Shown here: piece after piece, positions 59,280 to 64,000 of the stretch
Numbering within the stretch: the first letter of the stretch is position 1
Layout: every line of letters starts with the position of its first letter
Source of the DNA: a bacterium
GTDB taxonomy: Bacteria; Electryoneota; JAOADG01
NCBI GenBank assembly: GCA_963681965.1
Contig: OY820579.1
Span: 3,104,001 to 3,168,000, forward strand
Length of the DNA: 64,000 nt
Direction: 5' to 3'
Made by a program: the position numbers and the translations under genes
Notes under the pieces: model-generated
The model's input: only the letters and a program-made list of their open reading frames with translations
Database searches by the model: none
What the model was told of the DNA's origin: nothing

Positions 59280-60119
59280 GTGATTCATCATCTTAATGCG
59301 TTGTTACCGAATCCGCCAGCGCTTGATTTACCTACTACCGAGCGTCTGTTGACGGCTTTTATCCGAACCGAAGTCGAACGTTCCAAATTCAGCCATGTCT
59401 TGTTCGGCTTAAGTGGCGGAATCGACAGTGCTGTCGTAGCGGCACTCTGTGTGCGAGCATTCGGATCCGAAAATTGTCGCGGAATACTGATTCCTTACCG
59501 CACGTCCTCCCCATCGAGTGAAGGCGATGCGCGACTGATTGCCGAAACAATCGGTTTACCGATCGAGAAAATCGATATCAGCGCGATGGCGGATGGCTAT
59601 CCGCTTGAGCTGTCACCTTTGCGTAAGGGTAATTTACTGGCGCGACTTCGAATGACGACTCTGTTCGATATCGCTGCTCGCGACAATGCACTGGTGATTG
59701 GAACTTCTAATAAAACCGAGCTGTTATTAGGATATTCGACTTGGTTCGGCGATGGTGCGTGGGCACTCTGTCCCTTAGGCGATCTATACAAACAACAGAT
59801 TGTAGCACTGGCGAAACATCTGGATTTACCACCGATTATTTGGGAAAAAGCCCCTTCCGCGGATCTCTGGGAAGGTCAGACCGATGAAAGTGAATTAGGT
59901 TTCTCGTACGACGAAGCCGACCAATATCTCTGGATGAGAATCGATCTGCGAATGAAACCGACAACGATCATTGAACAGGGTTTTGATAAAAATATTTCCG
60001 ACCGAATCGAACGGAAGATAGCATTGACGCACTTCAAGCGAAATCAACCGCCAATCGCGAAATTACAAATTCGCTCGGTTGGTACGGATTATTTGTATGC
60101 CCGCGATACCGGTACCTGA
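59280..60119 (+). CDS. nadE: NH3-dependent NAD+ synthetase
   Basis: GLSGGIDS, GNLLARLRM, GTSNKTE, KAPSADL; GTG start assumed. Confidence 0.95.
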   Translation: MIHHLNALLPNPPALDLPTTERLLTAFIRTEVERSKFSHVLFGLSGGIDSAVVAALCVRAFGSENCRGILIPYRTSSPSSEGDARLIAETIGLPIEKIDISAMADGYPLELSPLRKGNLLARLRMTTLFDIAARDNALVIGTSNKTELLLGYSTWFGDGAWALCPLGDLYKQQIVALAKHLDLPPIIWEKAPSADLWEGQTDESELGFSYDEADQYLWMRIDLRMKPTTIIEQGFDKNISDRIERKIALTHFKRNQPPIAKLQIRSVGTDYLYARDTGT

Positions 60120-60861
60120 TTCGCAAGTGACAGGTCGATTGATTTTGGTACCAACACCCATTGGGAATTTGGGTGATATTACTGATCGGGCGAAATTAAT
60201 CCTTCAAACGGCAGATCTGATTGCGGTAGAAGACGCCAACCATTCGCGACCGTTATTGAGTAATCTCGGATGCACCGCACCGCTACTGGTCTATCACGAG
60301 CAAGGATCTTACAAATTTCGTATTGAAAAATTACGACAAGCTCTACTCGATGGTAAAAAGGTTGCGTTGATTTCGTCGGCTGGCACGCCGGGTATTTCCG
60401 ATCCCGGATTTGCGATTGTGCGGGATGCGATCGATCATGATATTCCGGTTGAATGTCTTCCCGGTGCGACTGCGCTAATTCCAGCTCTCGTCGTTTCCGG
60501 ATTGCCCTCACACCGGTTTCTGTTCGAAGGATTTCTACCTCACAAGGGACGACAAACAAGATTGAAAGAAATTGCCATCAACCCTTGCACGACAATTTTA
60601 TATGAATCGCCACAACGACTAGTAAAATTATTGGAAGAATTAATTACTGTCTGTGGTCCCGATCGAAATGGCTGTGTAGTTCGAGAGTTGTCCAAAGTAT
60701 TTGAAGAAGTCACCCGGGGTTCATTGACTCTTCTTAAAAATCAATATGAACACCGTATTATCAAGGGTGAAATCGTTGTTTTACTTTCCGGGTACGACGA
60801 ACCACCAAAACAACGCAATCGATATCAGAGCAGCAATTGTAATCTGCAAGATAAAACTTGA
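60097..60861 (+). CDS. rsmI: 16S rRNA C1402 2'-O-methyltransferase
   Basis: PTPIGNLGDIT, AGTPGISDPG, YESPQRL, RELSK.FEE, KGE. Confidence 0.95.
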   Translation: MPAIPVPDSQVTGRLILVPTPIGNLGDITDRAKLILQTADLIAVEDANHSRPLLSNLGCTAPLLVYHEQGSYKFRIEKLRQALLDGKKVALISSAGTPGISDPGFAIVRDAIDHDIPVECLPGATALIPALVVSGLPSHRFLFEGFLPHKGRQTRLKEIAINPCTTILYESPQRLVKLLEELITVCGPDRNGCVVRELSKVFEEVTRGSLTLLKNQYEHRIIKGEIVVLLSGYDEPPKQRNRYQSSNCNLQDKT

Positions 60862-60889
60862 TTTATTTTCAGCTAATTAGAGAGAATTC

Positions 60890-61723
60890 ATGCATCCGGA
60901 GTTATTTCGATTAGGACCATTCGCACTTCACAGTTACGGTCTGATGGTTTTTCTGGGATTTGCCAGCGGCATTTTGTTGGCAGCTAGACGTGCCGATTCG
61001 TATGGGTTTCCACGCGAAATTGTGTACGATGCGTCGCTGTGGATCTTAATCTCTTCATTACTGGGAGCTAGACTTCTCTATATCGTTACACACACCGCCG
61101 AATTTCGGGGTCGCTGGTTAGATACCATTAATCCGATTCAAAGCGATGGTACGATCGGGATTGCCGGATTGGTTTTGCTCGGTGGAGTAATTGCTGCGAT
61201 TGCTGCAATATTACTCTTTTGTCGAGTCAAAAAAATTCCGGTAATGAAGCTTACCGACCTACTGATTCCCAGTCTTGCATTAGGTGAGTTTTTTGGACGA
61301 ATCGGTTGCTTGCTCAATGGTTGCTGCTTCGGATTACCAACCAAATTGGCATGGGGAATTGTTTTTCCCAGTACCTGTATGGCTGGTGAACACTTTCCCG
61401 ATACGACGATTCATCCCACGCAAGCCTATATGTCGCTTGCGGCACTCGCGACCGTGTTCATATTGTTGATGGCGCAAAAACGGTTACACCGTCCGGGTCA
61501 ATTGTTCGGTCTCTACTTGACGATTTACGGTCCTGTTCGCATCGTAATCGAATCGTTGCGCTGGTATGAATCAAGTATGAAACCATTCGAAACTATGGGT
61601 TGGGGAATTACAATTTCGCAGATGTTGTCGGTCGCAATAACGATTGCCGGATTAGTACTACTCTTTGCAAAATTACCGGAAACCCGAGTCAAACCAGCTC
61701 GAAAAGCCTTGGATAAACGATGA
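60890..61723 (+). CDS. lgt: Prolipoprotein diacylglyceryl transferase
   Basis: SYGLM, GARL.Y, GRIGCLLNGCCFG, HPTQ.Y. Confidence 0.94.
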   Translation: MHPELFRLGPFALHSYGLMVFLGFASGILLAARRADSYGFPREIVYDASLWILISSLLGARLLYIVTHTAEFRGRWLDTINPIQSDGTIGIAGLVLLGGVIAAIAAILLFCRVKKIPVMKLTDLLIPSLALGEFFGRIGCLLNGCCFGLPTKLAWGIVFPSTCMAGEHFPDTTIHPTQAYMSLAALATVFILLMAQKRLHRPGQLFGLYLTIYGPVRIVIESLRWYESSMKPFETMGWGITISQMLSVAITIAGLVLLFAKLPETRVKPARKALDKR

Positions 61724-62370
61724 TCATTCAAAACGGTTTGTTTGTAGTCTTCGAAGGTGTCGATGGATCCGGAAAGAGTACACAAATTGAAATGTTGCAA
61801 ACTCGAATGCACACTCAGGGTATTGATCCCTTAGTCGTTCGGGAACCCGGTGGAACGGAATTAGGCGAGAAAGTTCGCGATATTCTTCTATCACATCAAC
61901 AAACCGGAATGCATCCACGTGCGGAAATGTTTCTGTTCTGTGCGTCGCGCTCGCAACTGGTTGCCAGCAAGATTATTCCAACCTTGGAAAATGGTGGTGT
62001 TGTTATTGCCGATCGGTACCGATTATCGACTGAGATTTATCAGGGTATCGGACGCGGACTCCCGTTGGATGATGTAAAGCATGCGCTAGACTTTGCCACG
62101 CAAAATTTGCTTCCCCAGTTTACTTTTATTTTCGATTTATCCTATCAAGATGCACTAACTAGAAAAAACAAAATTGGCGATCAACTTGATCGAATGGAAG
62201 CTGCGGGTGCAGATTTCTTTAGTAGAATTCAAAAAGCATTTGCTTCTGTTAATGATGTTGGGTGCGTCCATATCGATGCCCTGCAAGATGTAAACCAAAT
62301 TCACAACCAGATCTGGCAAACGATCGTTTCACATCAATGGTGGATGAATCGTTCCGGATCACTTAGTTAG
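61720..62370 (+). CDS. tmk: Thymidylate kinase
   Basis: FEGVDGSGKST, REPGGT, DRY..S..YQG. Confidence 0.96.
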   Translation: MIIQNGLFVVFEGVDGSGKSTQIEMLQTRMHTQGIDPLVVREPGGTELGEKVRDILLSHQQTGMHPRAEMFLFCASRSQLVASKIIPTLENGGVVIADRYRLSTEIYQGIGRGLPLDDVKHALDFATQNLLPQFTFIFDLSYQDALTRKNKIGDQLDRMEAAGADFFSRIQKAFASVNDVGCVHIDALQDVNQIHNQIWQTIVSHQWWMNRSGSLS

Positions 62371-62457
62371 TATCGATCGATTCTTGCTTTCTGACGGAAG
62401 ATGTTACTTCTAATGGATCGTTATTCAGTTTCTAATGGATAAATTCACGAGTGTGTT

Positions 62458-64000
62458 ATGACGAAAATGAATCGAATACTGCTGCTTATTTTCGCCTCTT
62501 TGATCTCGATTGCTGCCGCAGCAACTGAAAATAAGGTTGACGAATACCGACAAGTACGGGATGGAATCACCCGTCTTGGAGTTGTCTATCGGGAATTATC
62601 GTCGGGATATGTCGATGAGATCAATCCCGATTTAATCCTGCGCGCCGGCATCGATGGCATGCTTTCTAAACTCGACCCCTATACGGTTTATCTCGACAAA
62701 CAGGAAGCAAGCGACTTCGATGTGATGGCAAGTGGAAAGTACGGTGGTATCGGTGTAGAGATGGGACTTCGCGGACCCGAACGAGAATTAACGGTTATGT
62801 CGGTCTTCGATGGATATCCTGCAGCTCAAAGTGGAATGCGTGTCGGCGATGTACTGCTCCAAGTCGATTCCAACAAAACTACCGGTTGGTCGACGGGGAA
62901 AGCGTCGACATTTCTTCGCGGTGCGCCGAACACTCCGATTGTGGTTACTGTTCGACGATCCGGAACGAAAGAATCGGTGCTTCGATTCGAAATGAAACGA
63001 GCGCAAATTGAAGTGCAGGAAGTAGCCTATAGCGGTATTATCGATGATAGTACCGGCTATATTCGATTGGTTCGTTTCGGACACAACGCGAAACGCGATC
63101 TCGCAATTGCAATCGATTCGCTGCTATCGAAAGGGATGAAACGTTGCATTCTCGATCTTCGTCAGAATCCCGGTGGACTGCTTAATTCCGCAATCGACGT
63201 ATCTCAGGAATTCTTAAATGGAAACGATTTGATCGTCTCTACCCGGGGTCGAGATAGCATGGATGTCCAAGAATTTCGATCATTTCATGCCCCGCATTTC
63301 ACCGGTCCGATGGCAGTTCTGGTCGATGAAGGATCGGCTAGTGCTAGTGAAATTGTTGCCGGTGCCCTTCAGGATCAGGATCGAGCCATTATTCTGGGTT
63401 CGCGCTCTTTCGGTAAAGGGCTGGTTCAAACCATCCGCCGATTACCGGGTGAGGTTAGTTTGAAAATGACTACCGCCAAATATTACACCCCATCGGGTCG
63501 ACTAATCCAAAAAACTGATTACTTTCACGGAGTCGATAGTATCGCCGATGTCGGGAAGAAATATTTCTCGCGGAATGGTCGCTTGATGTCTGCGCATGGC
63601 GGGATCACTCCCGATGTCGAAATAGCGGCTGCCAAACCATCGGCAATGGTCACAGAATTACTTCGATCCGGTCACATTCCGGCATTCGTCAATGAGTATT
63701 TGAGCAATCTTGGATCCAACAAGAAACAGCGGTCAGTTGACGAATCCATGCTTTCCAAATTTCAAGACTTTCTTAAGACGAAAGGCTTCAGTGTTCCGCT
63801 CGAAATCGATGCCGAGTGGATCGCAATCAAAGATTGGTTACAGAAAAAAAATCACGCGACAGACACTTCACCCCAATTGGAATCGGTAGGACAGGTGATC
63901 GATACCGAACGTGCTTCGATCTGGAATAACAATCGCAATGAATTGATTCGCCTGCTGTCAATCGAAACGACTGCCTGGTATGAAGGCAATCGGGGACGTT
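62458..64000 (+). CDS. S41A carboxyl-terminal processing protease (3' truncated by window; absent from ORF track)
   Basis: Manual translation: signal peptide, YVDEI, GMLSKLDPY, PDZ GGIG, DLRQNPGGLL, SASASEIVAGALQD, SFGKGLVQ. Confidence 0.92.
   Translation, partial: MTKMNRILLLIFASLISIAAAATENKVDEYRQVRDGITRLGVVYRELSSGYVDEINPDLILRAGIDGMLSKLDPYTVYLDKQEASDFDVMASGKYGGIGVEMGLRGPERELTVMSVFDGYPAAQSGMRVGDVLLQVDSNKTTGWSTGKASTFLRGAPNTPIVVTVRRSGTKESVLRFEMKRAQIEVQEVAYSGIIDDSTGYIRLVRFGHNAKRDLAIAIDSLLSKGMKRCILDLRQNPGGLLNSAIDVSQEFLNGNDLIVSTRGRDSMDVQEFRSFHAPHFTGPMAVLVDEGSASASEIVAGALQDQDRAIILGSRSFGKGLVQTIRRLPGEVSLKMTTAKYYTPSGRLIQKTDYFHGVDSIADVGKKYFSRNGRLMSAHGGITPDVEIAAAKPSAMVTELLRSGHIPAFVNEYLSNLGSNKKQRSVDESMLSKFQDFLKTKGFSVPLEIDAEWIAIKDWLQKKNHATDTSPQLESVGQVIDTERASIWNNNRNELIRLLSIETTAWYEGNRGR

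Overview
Bacterial chromosomal window, probably from an FCB-superphylum lineage (inferred from a T9SS/FlgD-type C-terminal sorting domain, an ExbB-ExbD-ExbD-TonB-TPR-PstS-like cluster, lgt and sigma70-type promoters). Left to right it holds a group 3b [NiFe] (sulf)hydrogenase operon with hypFCDEAB; an FGE-sulfatase lipoprotein; an M42 peptidase/ABC-2/methyltransferase/YigZ-like operon; a gatE-gatD pair (the normally archaeal Glu-tRNA(Gln) amidotransferase); a small wzx/glycosyltransferase cluster; a GlcD-like oxidase; pdxT; an orphan DNA methyltransferase; and tRNA-Ala-SRP RNA-dnaX-ybaB, with an A9 slippage site in dnaX. After these come a coupled corrinoid protein/URO-D-MT2-like/DUF1638-sensor cassette; tRNA-Leu; a 1710-aa secreted repeat protein; a TetR-ICMT pair; the Ton cluster; an 11-subunit nuo operon lacking nuoEFG; a SprT-like protease with an N-terminal QLSLF beta-clamp motif; and tpiA, nadE, rsmI, lgt, tmk and a truncated S41 protease. 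The best leads are bacterial GatDE, the putative B12-based signalling cassette, the clamp-motif SprT protease and dnaX slippage. All calls come from recognising motifs by eye; no database searches were run.
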